From assembly GCA_025201805.1 (NCBI GenBank), contig MU619254.1:272164-336163 (forward strand): DNA of 64,000 nucleotides. Reading direction: 5' to 3'. This stretch comes from Parasitella parasitica NRRL 2501 (Eukaryota > Fungi > Mucoromycota). The translations under genes and the position numbers were made by a program. Below, one piece after another: positions 25,357 through 39,178 of this stretch; position 1 is the first letter of the stretch; every line of letters begins with the position of its first letter. The notes beneath the pieces were generated by a model. That model was not told the origin of the DNA. It worked only from the letters and a program-made list of their open reading frames with translations, and searched no databases.

Positions 25357-27227
25357 ATGGACAACAGTGCACAAAACTCGAGCGTAAGATGAAATTTGAT
25401 GTAAAATTATGTAAATCAGACCGTAATCCGGCTTCAATCATATAGCCTTTGGGGATCCCTATCGCAAATTCACAAAAGGTAGCTGCAGGCTCGCCTAATA
25501 TGGGTCAGCCTATGAGTTCTTCCTATGAAAATCGCTGGTTATCCGCTGGTGCCGATAACAAGAAGGGTTCTTTACTTTCTGCTAGTGGCCGCAGAAAGAG
25601 CATTACCTCCGAGGATGGTCATAAGTCCTCTGTAAACAGCAAAGACAATCCTAAAAAGAAAGAAAACACTAGACCTCATAATGGCGAGCAACCCAAAAAG
25701 ACTCAAAAAGACATGACGAAGGCTGAGCGCCGTGCTCTTCAAGAAAAGCAAAGATCAGAAAAGCAAAATCGTATTGCTGCCGGCTTACCTAAATCGGCCA
25801 AGCAAGCTGCTGAATTGGAAGCCAAGAAAGGTTCTGGCGCTGCTGGAGCTTCGGCTTCTGGCGCTGCTGGGGCTGGAACTGCTGCTGCCAGTGGTGCTAC
25901 TCAAGGTGCCGCAGATGCTAATAAGCAGAGCAAAAAGAAGGCTCTGTCAAAAAATCAACAAAACCAGGTACCTTGGCTCCTTCATTTGGATGCTCCCAGA
26001 ACTAGTGATGCCTTAACAAAAGACCTCCATCCTGCCGTTCTTCAACTTGGCTTATACTTTTCTAATCATAAAATTGTTGGTTCCAATGCTCGTTGTGTAG
26101 CCATGCTTGAGATATTTTCCAAGGTAAGTTGAATACAATCATCGCACTTGTATATATTTAAGCTGGGTGCTTGCTGGTAGGTCATTTCAGAACACAAGCC
26201 TCCATCCGATGCAACATTTTCCAGAAATATTCAAAAGCATTTAGATCCTCATATCGCATATCTCCTCAGCATTCGTCCCATGTCATTAAGTATGCGTGAA
26301 TGTATTCGTTGGTTAAAGAAGGAAATGGCAGATATCGTAGAAGAGGACCCTCCATTGAGTGATGACGATGCACGCAGCAGATTAACTGAACGTATTGGCC
26401 ATTTTATCCGTGAAAGAATTACCATGGCTGACCAGCTTATTGTGCAAAACGGCTTGCAGAAGATTCAAGATGGGGATGTTATATTGACCTATGCTAAATC
26501 ATCTGTAGTCGAGAGTTTATTACTGGAAACAAAGAAGAAGGGCATCGATTTCAAGGTGATTGTGGTAGATAGTCGTCCATTGTTTGAAGGCAAACATCTT
26601 TTGCGCAGATTAATAGCAGCTGGTATAGAATGTTCTTATCATCTATTATCCAGTGTGTATGTGGCGCTTAAATCCGTCACCAAGGTTATCATGGGCGCAC
26701 ATGCTCTCTTGAATAACGGTGCTGTGTATTCTCGCATTGGTAGCTCAATGGTAGCAATGGCTGCTAGCGACAAACAAATTCCTGTCATGATCTGTTGTGA
26801 AACTTACAAGTTTGTTAACCGTACTCAAGTGGATTCGTTTGTTTTGAATGAATTAGGGAATCCTGACGATTTGGTGGACACCAAATCAACCACCGCTACA
26901 CAAGCTGTCCACAGTAATCTTGACCAAGATGCAGTTTTGGCTTCGTGGAGAGATCAGCCTGATCTTCGATTACTCAACCTCCTGTACGATGTTACCCCCT
27001 CAAAGTACATTACATTGGTAGTCACTGAAGTTGGTCTTATTCCCTGCACATCTGCTCCTGTGGTAAGTGCAAGATATTTAGTGATTATCAAGCATTTTAT
27101 TCACATTAATTTTATCGTATAGATTTGGCGTGAATACAAGTATGTCGAATCATGGATATATAACATGTTTTACTAATAGCTGTTCTTCTTTTTTTATAGC
27201 GAGGAATTTGGCAAACGTGTTGCATAG
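25357..27227 (+). CDS. GCD2: Translation initiation factor eIF2B delta subunit
   Basis: MTKAERRALQEKQR, LHPAVLQLG, GSNARCVAML, VVDSRPLFEG, CETYKF, LLYDVTP..YITLVVTEVGLIP. Four introns; last exon ends EEFGKRVA*. Confidence 0.93.
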
Positions 27228-27839
27228 AGCAGAATTGCATTTACAAATAAAATAAAAAAGAAACTTATCCCTCTGAGATCCAAGGCGGAAGTATTTGTGG
27301 GATGAGCTTGGCTGTACATGCGTGATAGTGCCATTGCTATGCATTTTATACTGTTTAGGTTGTACTTTTCATTGATGGCTAGTAACATAGATATGCTTTG
27401 AAACCTCTTGCTTGATTTTTCAGGATTGGAGCCACATCTGTATTTTTTCTGTATTCGATACCTTAATAAGCGTGAAAAACGTTTAGACTCCAAAACAGAT
27501 GTAGATTGTTTCACAAGTATATAAACATGGATTAAAATTTAATGGCGACTAGCACATTAAATCAATAGTAGCAGCATCAGCATCAGCAGCCTCATGCTGA
27601 AACAAAGATGTTTACAACGCAAACATACCAAACTCTTTTTTTTTTTTTTTTTNNNNNNNNNNTAACATTCCCTGCTGTAAATAAACCGCCCTTTGACGTG
27701 GCTAAATGTCAACTGCTGGACATTAAACAAGCCAAGAGGATTGAGTGTTACATACAGAGACTGAACTAAAAGGGGGTTTATTTTCATTCACCTTTCTTGT
27801 TTTTTTTTTTCCTCTTTCTCCAAATTATTCATATTGGAC

Positions 27840-30800
27840 ATGACGATAGATTATTCCAATAATCCATCATCACCAGACAGGATGGATTCACTCTACTACA
27901 AGCATCTACAACAACCAGAAAAACAAGACCATGTCCCTGTCTCAATTGGTGACGACGTTGCTTACACAACAGGTGCAACCAAGACAACAGACAATTTCCG
28001 CAAAAGAAACAACAACCATTACGCACGAAGGCCCAATAGCGATTACGACGACTCTGACCTAGATTTAGCAAACCGCAAGACGGATAAAATGCGTCTACGA
28101 AAGGATGCCGTAAGGAAACAAAATCGCACCAGGGATTGGTATATTGTGCTGGCTTTGACACTCTGGGCTGTTTATATTCGGCTTTACAAGATATCGCAAC
28201 CTTCTTCGGTAGTGTAAGTGTAAATTTTTGCGTGGCTTCTACAAGCATACAGCGATATTAATAGCAAACGTAGCTTTGACGAGGTTCATTTTGGTGGATT
28301 TGCGACAAAATACATCAAAACCAGGTTTTTTATGGATGTCCATCCACCTGTAACGTGTTTGTTTTACTGTGTCAAAGTAACCCACTCATACTTTCTGCAT
28401 ATAGCTCGCCAAGATGTTGATTGCCCTTGTTGGTAAACTGGCCGGGCTGGATGGGTTTGACTTCAAGGATATTGGAAAGTAAATCGGTTGATCTGTGGGT
28501 GCAATTACATCATTTTTACTGATGCATTTCTGTCAGGGACTACCTGGAGGATAATGTGCCTTATGTTGCTATGCGATTGTTTTGTGGTCTCACAGGGCTA
28601 TTGGTAGTACCAATTGCCTATCTCACAGTCCGTGGCGCTGGGCATTCCATTGCTGCTGGTTTAGTTGCTGCTTTTATGGTTTGCTATGGTAATTTTGCAT
28701 TGACGTTAGTTTAGCTTAACCTAGCTAACTGTTTTGTTCTTGTAGATAATGGCTTGATTGCAAACAACCGTTTGATTTTATTGGATCCGCCACTTTTATT
28801 CTTCACGTCTGCAACAGCCCTAATGTGGATCAATTTCCACAACCAAAAGCGCAAGTAAGTATGAGAGTAGATGATAACGACAACTACAAGGTGTTTATCG
28901 AGTACACTAGGCCCTTTCAATTTTGGTGGTACGTTTGGTTATTCATGACTGGACTCGGCTTAGGTTTGACCGTAAGCTGTAAATGGGTTGGGTTGTTCAC
29001 AATTGCAACTATTGGCGTGTCTACAGTGAAAGGTCTGTGGGAGCTGTGGGGAAACACACGTATTCCCAAGGTAAGAGGGAAAAAATCAATACATGTATAG
29101 ACAAGCTGAACGTCTCGCAGTCTGTTTTCCTTAGACATTTTGGGGCTCGCGCTATGGCATTGATTGCACTGCCAATGTGCATTTACATGATCATGTTCCA
29201 AATTCATTTCCACTCGCTTCCAAACAGCGGCGAAGGAGATGGGTTTATGTCGCCTGAATTCCAACAGACACTGGATGGTCATGCTAGCATCAAAACTCCA
29301 ATTGACATTGCTTATGGATCCAGAGTTTTTATTCGCCATGTAGCTACCAGAGGAGGATATCTTCATTCGCATCCACACAATTACCCCGGTGGTAGTAAGC
29401 GTGAGTATATACTTTAGAATGCGCCTTGCCCAACATGACCTAAAATGCGCCATTAGAACAACAGGTTACGCTTTATCCTCATCGTGACGACAACAATTGG
29501 TGGACCATTAGAAAAGTCAACGATGCAGAGCCCAATGGAGTTGAATATGTTCGACATGGCGACATTGTAACACTTCAACATGCTGATTCTAATAAGCGTT
29601 TGCATTCTCACGAAATCAGACCGCCGATGACAGACGTGGAATACCACAACGAAGTAAGTGGTTATGGCTTTGACAATTTCTCTGGTGACAGCAACGATCA
29701 TTGGAGAGTCGAAATCATCAGTGGCGATAAGTCAGATCCGGAATCCAAGGAAAGACTCAAAACAATTCATTCAAAATTCGCTTTGATTCATGTCATGTCT
29801 CAATGCTCTTTGTTTTCCCATTCCGTCAAGCTCCCTGACTGGGGATTTGATCAACAAGAAGTCACCTGTATCAAGAATGGCAAGATTGCAAAGACCGTGT
29901 GGTATGTGGAATCAACAGAAAATAAGCTATGTAAGTACTACTGCGTGTGTGCGTGTAGAAGAGATTAATTCAGCAGTATTTTCACAGTGCCTGAGGATGC
30001 TGAAAAGGTTACCTACAATAAGTTGAGTTTCCCAAGCAAGTTCATTGAGCTAAACAAGGTCATGTGGGAAACAAATAAAGGACTAGTATCGACACATCCC
30101 TATGATTCAAGGCCTGAGGTATGTATACGTTGAAGATTCGCACACATTATCTAAGCATCTCTTAGTCATGGCCTCTTTTAAGACGTGGAATCAACTTCTG
30201 GTCTAAAGATAAACTCCACATTTACCTGCTAGGGAATCCATTAGTATACTGGTCTGCTTCCACAGCTGTATTGGTTTGCATCATATTGAAATCTGTGCTT
30301 CTCATCTTGGATAAACGCGGCCTTGCTCAAAAAGATTTTGGAGGTAAATAAAAACCGAGAAAGTAAGAAAATGCATACTAACATGCTCTTTTTTTTTTTT
30401 TTTTAGAGTTGAGGAAATTCTATGATGAATCAGCTGGTTTCTTCCTTGTTGGGTGGTTTTTGCATTACTTTCCCTTTTTCCTTATGGGTAGGCAGCTCTT
30501 TTTGCATCATTACATGCCTGCTCTCTATTTCTCGATTTTGCTGTTTAGTGTTGGGTTTGATTTGTTGACGATCAAATTGGTAAACAGAAAGAGGCTGGTG
30601 ATTGCCGCTTTGTTTATCCTAACTGTCAATCATGTTTATCGATCTTTCATTCCAATCACCTATGGTGATCCCTGGACACAATCTCTCTGTGAAAAGGTAA
30701 AATGGAGATCTACGTGGGACTTTGACTGTGCTCAGTAAGTTTTTTTTTTCAACACTTTTCGTGGGTATCCTATACTTACTACATACACAGATACCATCAT

Positions 30801-31016
30801 GATATCGAGAGCTACAATATCCCTAAGCCTTTAATAATTGAAGGGTTTGGCAAGGTGAAGGATGCTGTGAGCTCGTATCTGGGAGGAGCAGCCGCACCTG
30901 AAGTAATTGACGGTGTGAATATTGTTTCTGATGGGAGCAACCTCCCTTTTGTGGATAAATCCGCTGAAAAAAATGTACTTACCACTGCTACACAACCACT
31001 TCAACAAGAAGCCTAA
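27840..31016 (+). CDS. Dolichyl-phosphate-mannose:protein O-mannosyltransferase (PMT1/PMT2 type), many exons
   Basis: SSVV/FDEVHFGGFA, FMDVHPP/LAK, SCKWVGLF, GDGFMSPEFQ, MIR repeats (YLHSH, RLHSH, QQEVTC), RQLFLHHYMPALYF. Confidence 0.94.
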
Positions 31017-31070
31017 GTATGAATTTGATGTGCTACAATCTTTTTTTTTTTTTTTTTTTTTTTTTTTTCT

Positions 31071-31381
31071 TTTTCATTTTTACATTTTCTCTCTTTCTTT
31101 TTTTCTCTTCTTCTGCCATTTCATTTTTCTTTTCTCATTTATATACTTCGCATTTAGAATTTTGTCACTAGTAAATCAAGCCGACAAACTTAGATCANNN
31201 NNNNNNNTTTTTGGTGAGAAGAGCATATGTTTCTATTTTGTCTTTTTCTCTGCTTTTTCATTTTTACATTTTCTCTCTTTCTCTTCTTCTCTTCTTCTGC
31301 CATTTCATTTTTCTTTTCTCATTTATATACTTCGCATTTAGAATTTTGTCACTAGTAAATCAAGCCGACAAACTTAGATCA
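31071..31381. other. Scaffold gap (10 N at 31198-31207) with ~127 bp duplicated on both sides; likely assembly overlap
   Basis: 31071-31197 is nearly identical to 31255-31381 and ends exactly at the Ns. A second 10-N gap lies at 27653-27662, after a poly-T run. Confidence 0.85.
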
Positions 31382-31417
31382 TCTGCATAAACACCACGTC
31401 TTGTTTCCACATAAATA

Positions 31418-33517
31418 ATGTTGTTTAATAAACCTATATCAATCGCTGCCCTGATCATCACAACATCAGTGTCTACCATCGTTCATGCTCAATCCGGTAT
31501 ATATGAAGATTGGGAACAAATTGTGTTTTTTTCCTGTCATACTTAACTTAAATTTAACCCCAATATAGTAAAGAGTTCTGGTAGCTGTAGTGCCTATCCA
31601 ACCAATGCAACTTGTGCGGTAAATAATGGATGTTCTATATAGAAAGATTGAAATTTTACTCATCTACATAACTTAGAGTTATGTAGATTACAACGTATTC
31701 TTACCAGATAAAGTCACAATCTCTCAAGTGGAATCACAGTTACAATCTCTCATTGAATTAGGATCTTTACTTGGTGGAGTTAGTCCTGTCTGTCTTGATA
31801 CCTATGCTCGATATCAATGTTCAAAAGCCTACTCAAAATGTGTAACGGCCAACTCCACTACAGGTAAATTAATTCTAACATGACAACCCATTATATAGCA
31901 TTAACTCCTTTTTATATTGATAAAGATATTGGTGTTTATTCCGCTTGTTCTTCAACATGCGAGGCTGTTAGTATTGCTTGTGCAAGTCTCTTTGAAATGG
32001 CAAACCAAACTGCACTTTTGCCCAATTGCAGCACTGAAGTAACAAACACAGGTTTTGGACTACAACCTGATGATATGTGCAACAATATTCCTACCAAATG
32101 TATGAAAAGACTAGTTATACAAAATTAATAACAAAAACAAAACTAAGCCTTTCTATTCCTAGTGACCAAAGATCAAATTAACGATGGAAGACTAAATTTA
32201 TCTGCTGTGCCTGAAGGTTTCATTATGGCAAAATGCCCGGTCCCATTCTTGGCTGATCCTTTAATTGCCACTGGGTCATCACTTGATGACAACTACTGTA
32301 GATACGGCTGTTGTATTCCATGCCCTGCTCAAGATTTAGTAAGTTTGATTATAACTGTACACAAGAAGGTACTACTGACACTGTATTTCAGTTTTACAAG
32401 GAAAATTGGGCCACTAGGGGCTTTTTAGCTACTGATGTGATACGTTTTGTATCAGCCATTCTATCATTTATTTTAGTAGTCAGTTATTTAGTTTTACCTG
32501 ACAAGAGAAGACATCCTTCATTATTGATTCTCAACTTGTCCATCGCCATCTTTTTATTCAGCATGGTTGTCTTCTTTTCAATTGGGAATCCAAAACGTCT
32601 TCAATGCGCTGCAAATGGAATTTCGCCTGGTGAAATGGGGAACAATACGCTGTGTGCTGCTCAAGGTGCGATTTTGATCTTTGGTTCATTTGCAACTTGT
32701 CTTTGGTGTGCCGCTTTGATCTTAAATTTACATGTACACACGGTTTGGAACTCTAATTTCTTTACGAACCGATATATTCTGTTGAATGTTGTCTGTTGGG
32801 GTATTCCAACTACCATCATGTCAATTGCTTTGGGATTACATGCTGTAAAATTTGAATTTGCTAATCTTTGTTTAATATCGATGGAGTATATCTTCCCTTT
32901 GTTTTTTTATCCATTAGCAGCAATTGTTTGTCCTAGTTTTCTAGTTCATATCGGCACATTTTTCTATATTGCTAAAATTGCTGTGCGTGAAGGACTTGAA
33001 TCTGACATGACACAGTCTTTATCTACGGGTACTATGACAGATCGTCCACCTGGTGTAAGCAGAAAACACGTATTGGTTGCCGTCAAAATCCAATGGAGAG
33101 CCTTGCTGTTGGCCGTTGTTGCTATTGTCACTGTATTGTTTTACTGGGTAAGTTAGTTATTACTATAGCATGACACAGAATGTACTCAAGTATAAACAGT
33201 TGTTCTACATGACACAAATGAGCCGCATGACAGAATTACAAAATAATCCAGGGCTTGCACTAGATTGGCTTGAATGCATGCTGACACCTGGAAACACACA
33301 AAACCAATGTGCTGATGGGATCAGCTCTCATTTACCTCCTTTTCCTTTGATTATCGTTGCTGAAACTTTAGTTAGTACTATTGGAATTTGGCTGTTTGTC
33401 ATGTTTGGCAAGAGGTCTTTATGGCGTGAATGGAATGATTTAATCTATGATATCAGAGTCAGTTTTAATAGACATGGTAGACCCGAGAAAAATGGCGAAC
33501 AATTTTTTGCCCTTTAG
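31418..33517 (+). CDS. Frizzled/Smoothened-like (class F) 7TM receptor with signal peptide and cysteine-rich domain
   Basis: Signal MLFNKPISIAALIITTSVSTIVHA. CRD-like CSAYPTNATC...CLDTYARYQCSKAYSKC...ACSSTCEAVSIAC...LPNC...C. Linker CPVPF...CCIPCP. Seven hydrophobic helices with RRHPSLLI, LCAAQG..LWC, CWGIP, and KRSLWREW after TM7. About six introns. Confidence 0.8.
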
Positions 33518-35170
33518 ATGTACACTTTTATTCTCATTATGTATCACTTTCTTTTTAATATCTTACTACTACATATATCTCATATTATTATATATTCCTT
33601 TATTTACTTAGTACTAGCAAAATCTACAGGCATAGATATTTTTTAAGACATTCAATTTATATTCTCAGTAAAAGCAACGCGACATCCTTTATCTTATTTT
33701 TTATGTGTTATATAAATGTTTTGATTTTGTAAACCCATGAATATCTTTAGTCCCAATTAGATGTTAATAATTCCAAATGTCTAGTATACCTACTATTTCT
33801 GGTTTTACTAACCATTTAAAAAAACGCCGACGAAGTATTCTAAAAAGTTACAATGATGTTAAATTAAATATGGGGTTCCTTTACGATCTCTTCTGTATCC
33901 TTTTATAGAGCTTATTACGTTTTGTTTTAGATGATTCATTAATAGTATGAAAGAAGGGAGAAACTGTTCGACTGATTGACGTGTACTCTTTTTTACTGAA
34001 AAAGTCGTACAAGTCATTCTATTAAAATATTTGTATTGTACATGTTGTGCCAGGTCTTGAAAATGAACACGACAGGTGATTTTATATGATAAAGTATATA
34101 AGAAAGTAATAAATATTTAATTTAACAGATACAAACCTATTGATTTTATTGATTGAAAAGAAGCTGTCTAATTAGAGCAAATCTATACGAATCACTCTAT
34201 AAAGTATCATGCTTGGTTTAATTGTCAAACAATATTTTAACATTGTAGTATTCAGAGCAAGGCTTATTTTTATATTAATCAGCTAACATTATGAATATGA
34301 ATCATTCATTAATAAGTTGAGCTTCACAATTTAGAATAAGCAGAGCCCCAAATATATGGTTTCCTATACAAGACATTCTATATTGATTACGTCTATTTAC
34401 TAGATGGAACAATCGATGAGCAGGAACGGTTGCCATGACGACTGGGTTGAAATAGTGGTAATCATGGTATTCTATGGACACAACAGTAAATATCTACAGA
34501 GCAGAGACACTTTTCTGTGTTGGGTGATTTGGGAGGTATATTTGAACAAAAGATTTGTTTACATTAATTATCAGATCTACTTTAATTCGTAATGTGGCAA
34601 TGTTAGTGTTAAAATTCCATTCAATAATGAAAAAAAATATTATAATGGTTGTAGGCCACTTTTTCCTAGCACAAAAACTAGAACTCTCATCTTGTTAATT
34701 TGTAGCAAATTATCATAATTTTTACATACCTACAGCAAATATTTTAGTTGGGAACAAACAAGAATATTTGTGAAACGTCACGTAATTGGAATATTATTAA
34801 AACTTTATAAATAAAAATACTCTACGGTGCTTGTTGCGTGAAATCTCTAGCAATTTGTGGAAAATCCTTACAGTATAAATGTGTTGATACCGAGACTAAA
34901 GCAAGTAATTGAGTGCTGTTTATGTTATTTGAATGTTTAATAAACTTTTGGTTATAGTATCTCAGCGATAGAATAGCAAAAGTTATGACCTAAAATGTTT
35001 TAAACCTAAGAAAGTTCAAAAATGCAGCATAATTCAATATCCAAGGTGAGATATTCCTACTATTCAACATCAGATTCAGGAACATGTTTTCCATTGGCTC
35101 AGACTTTGATCACGTGCGGATAATTAATTAGTATTATAAAAACACATTTATTTTTAGCAATTAAAAAAAT

Positions 35171-35244
35171 GGTTTCTTGGTGTAGCTGGTTATCACACTT
35201 GCCTAACACGCAAGTGGTCGCCAGTTCGAGCCTGGCAGAAATCA
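35171..35244 (+). tRNA. tRNA-Val(AAC)
   Basis: Same 74-nt sequence as the 19181 copy except one D-loop T>C; anticodon AAC. Confidence 0.97.
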
Positions 35245-35539
35245 AAGTTTTAAATCAATTTTTAAATAAAACGTCTCACGGAAAGTTGGTGCTTAATGTT
35301 TTGTTTGTTGCAATCGAAAATGTCATGCGCAGAGAATATATGAGTATAATCTGCTCAAAAAATGTATAACTTTATAAAAATAAAATTAGACACAAAAAAT
35401 CAATGACTCTGTTGTTAAAAGAATGCGATATTTTTATATTAGATTATACCTATTGTAACACTATTTATCAACGTTGTGAAATACATTCACTATGATGATC
35501 TGCATTCCACTTCTAGATTCATCCAGTTACCTTAAATTA

Positions 35540-35895
35540 ATATAGACTACATATGCGCACAGTTAATAAGATGTGCAATACAGATTTATACTATATAAGA
35601 TGTAAGCTAGAGATGGCACCACTAAAATAGATGACGCTATAGACTTATATACTTATATCTCGACACGAGCCTTAGACATTTACTATATCTAGTGTATGCT
35701 ACGAGCTTATGCTATATAAGATTTATGCTTCAGATGCGTATTCCCAGTTTCTAGATACGCACTACAAGACATATATTTATATCCATGATACTAGCTACAG
35801 ATATATCATGTACTACAGACTTGTACAATATGTGCAATGCTATAGATATGCTTATGACATGCTATAGACATGCTACATATACCGATATATGCTTG
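35540..35895. repeat. Degenerate AT-rich cryptic repeat with core RCTAYAGAY
   Basis: Recurrent gctatagac/gctacagat/actacagac words. CTATATAAGAT with similar flanks occurs twice about 121 bp apart. Confidence 0.45.
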
Positions 35896-37092
35896 CAAGG
35901 TTCTAGGCTTATTCAAAGATTTCATCGAGGTCAGATCGCGGGATGTCGGAAAGACATCCTACCCAATCTTCTCTTTAATGCAAAATAAAAGAATGGTGTT
36001 ATAGATCAGTATAAACTGATCATCACATAAAAAGACTCTCCGTGAATATTATGAATATTAACTTCAAATTACCACAGAATATCCCACAAAGATCACAATT
36101 ACCAAGACCAGGCTAGCATGGATTTAAGAAGATGTAATCCAATATCAAGAACAAATAGAAGCAACTCCAACACTCGTCAAATCTGCCACTGGTTATCTCT
36201 TTATCAATCCTTGCTGCCAAGACGTCCTGGATGAATAATCCAATATAATTTAGGTTCATATCCATAATCATTTACCCTTTCAAAACTAGTATAAAAAGAT
36301 AGTTTTTAAACTACATTTTGATGATCTTCTAAAAAATAAATTACAGTATTAAAAAGTATTTTTTATCTAGTGATTTCACAAATGGATCTTTCTTGGGAAT
36401 GCCGTGATTTAATACGCTTTAACACTTTCTGCCTAATATCAGGTGTTATGTAAATAAACATTAATTAGGATACACTCTAGTATAAATAGAGAGCATTGTT
36501 ATGTCAAAAGTTGAATAAAAGAAATCTGTCAGAGAATTACACTTTTATTCGTAATACATCTTTCGATATGTTATATACACATTCATTAAATAGGATTCTA
36601 CTGTCTAACTGCATAATGTAAATCATTACCATCAATGATTTACTGTAAGACCCTGGGGCTGATCTGAGACCCTGATGTGAGACCTTGCTATGATATTGAT
36701 ATAACAGTTACTACTTCATGGATATTAACTGTGGAAATAGTTGGAAGAATAGAATAGCCGACATATCAGTTAAGAAATGAATCTTAAGAAATCACGATAC
36801 ATGCTAATCAATGTATAACATAACCTGATATTTTAATCAGAGACCTCAGTCCAATAGTGGGGCTAAATAGATAGATAGAATATCCTTGGGAGATTGAATA
36901 GTAAAATCTACATAAAGAGGGCACCAATTTTTAATTATTAGAGTCCTCCAGTCTGAACTAAATAATAAATCTATACGTTATCTAGTTGACTTACCTTGTT
37001 TTTTATACTTTTTTTCTGTGAATATCCTTGCATCAAGCATACTTCACATATTCAATAAAAGACTACATTTCAGAATATGAATCATCTAATCA

Positions 37093-37680
37093 CACACTTC
37101 GAATATTGAATTGGTGGAGAGACTGTTATAGTAAACAAGGGTACAAGTGCAAGTCGTTATGCTCCTGGGAATGAAGCAGGTACGTATTCCCTTTCCCGAG
37201 AGGAAGAGGGAGATGAGGGTCAGGTATCAATTGATCTCGCTGATCTTTGTGGTCATCCGGTTCCAATTCTGAGAATGATTCACAGCACGATGGAGAGCCC
37301 GTTCGAGATATGTTCTTGAATGCCAATGCTCATTGTGACGGTATGGTCACTTATTACTCTGTTTAGCGTCAAAAGTTGATTAACCGTATAAATGAAAAGT
37401 TATCACAGGTACAGATGATAGCTCAATCCTTGGAACATCTTCATCGTCAAAATCGAATTGTGTTTCAAGGTCTCATTCAGGAACGTGAATGTTCACAGAG
37501 GAGGATCGTGCTAAGATGGAATATTTTGACAGCAATGTTGAAAGCACCCGGCATAAATCTGGGAGATTTTGGTGCACATTCTACATGCTGGTCATGGAGG
37601 CGTTATGAACGACTCGGTTTATGAATTTAATTGAAATACTTCGGAAGCATGTCAAAATTTGATTCCACACTTCGAATATT
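37093..37680. mobile_element. Possible old insertion (558 bp) bounded by a 15-bp direct repeat and containing a disrupted ORF
   Basis: CACACTTCGAATATT at 37093-37107 and 37666-37680. The interior reads as coding-like plus-strand fragments interrupted by stops and frameshifts. Confidence 0.4.
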
Positions 37681-39178
37681 ACAGTTTGTGATCTTTCTAA
37701 GCTTCAACATGAAGAATGCGTCTCCTCATCGACTTATAGTAGTATTCTCATCTCTAAATCCTTTACTATCCAGGTTACTATATTAATCGTAGAATTACCA
37801 ATCTTTAATATTATTCATTCCTCTGTCTTGTTGCAATTCTGAAACAAGATAAGAATTTGTTGTGGCAAATTTGATTAAGGATGACTAAAAGAAAAGACGT
37901 AGTAAATCACAATACCCTTCTAATTCTATTTGTTCCTCTGAAATGATACATAGAGATTGGCTAGCAGTGGAATGTGCGGAACAATAATATTAAACCTTCT
38001 AACACCCATCAATCGCCACTTAGTGCTTAGTAGGAACAGGATCACCAAGCAATTTGATCTCTGTTTCGGTTGCTGGCTCGGCCACTCGATTGAACGTAAT
38101 TTCTATGCTCCTAACTCCTATCTGGTCTGATTCAACAGGCCAAGCGTCTTTTTACTTAAGCTTTTAGCTCCTTTAGAATAAATTTTGCTTTTAGATCGTC
38201 ATGACCACATTTAGGATTTTTCATATGCTCATTGATTGAACAAGCAAAGTTTTTCAACAGTAGTGCTTTAAAAAACAAATAGATCTAATAGAGATTTATT
38301 CTTGAAAAATTCCAAATGCTGTGGGCATAAATCTTGAATTCAAACCAAAAGCATCCCAATATATGCGTGCGCTATTGTATAGTCTATTAATGTCATATAT
38401 ATATTGAATGTTGAACACATTCACTTTCCAAATACGTATTGTAGCCGCATTTTAAAATTTTCTCTTCTTTACGTAATGCAGTTTACTTGAAATAAGCGAA
38501 CAGATCAATCGAGTTCAAAAGAGAAAGTAACGATATTGAATAGCCATTTCCAAAGGATTACGTATGGAAAAAGGACCCAATGATGCTTAGGATTAATTTA
38601 CTGCAAATGTTTTTTTTCTGGTAATCATCCAGTATCGGTGAGATGAGTTCAAGTATTTTATATTTGATGATTCCATTCCACTGATCGAAACGGAAAGATT
38701 ATGAAGCATAGTGGTTCCCAAACAGCTCAACGCAATCTAATATTTGATATATTGGAAGACTTTTTGATTTTGTTGCAAAATGCTGGGAAAATTAACACAG
38801 CTCCACTTGAAGATAACGAATTTACTATAAGAGGCATAAAAAACATCAGCTAGCCTTTGAAGTAGTTAACAGCGTAGATGAGTTTATCCTGCTATTGCAT
38901 GAAACCCGTTCATTTCATGAAGATCCAGCCAGAAAAAAATAATCAAGTTTACCAACCCTCAATTATCGAGTATGTGTATATTCCATATCTTTTTTTTTTC
39001 TTGCTCAACTCGAAAAAGCCTTAAAATGTTGCCTTTAAAGGCGTAGATGCCTACTCGGTGGTCGTCCAGTCACGACTAATCCAGTAGACCCCCTCCCACC
39101 TCTTAACTATATCTCCCCTACTTTTCCTTTCGTTTTTTTCTTTCCTTCCTTCTTATTTATATACTTTTTGGTTAAAAT

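Noticed and set aside
31071-31381. Apparent 127-bp tandem duplication
   Set aside because: It abuts a 10-N gap; best explained as an unmerged contig overlap.
37690-38950. Degraded ORF-like fragments on both strands
   Set aside because: No transposase or RT motif recognised; cannot support a specific call.
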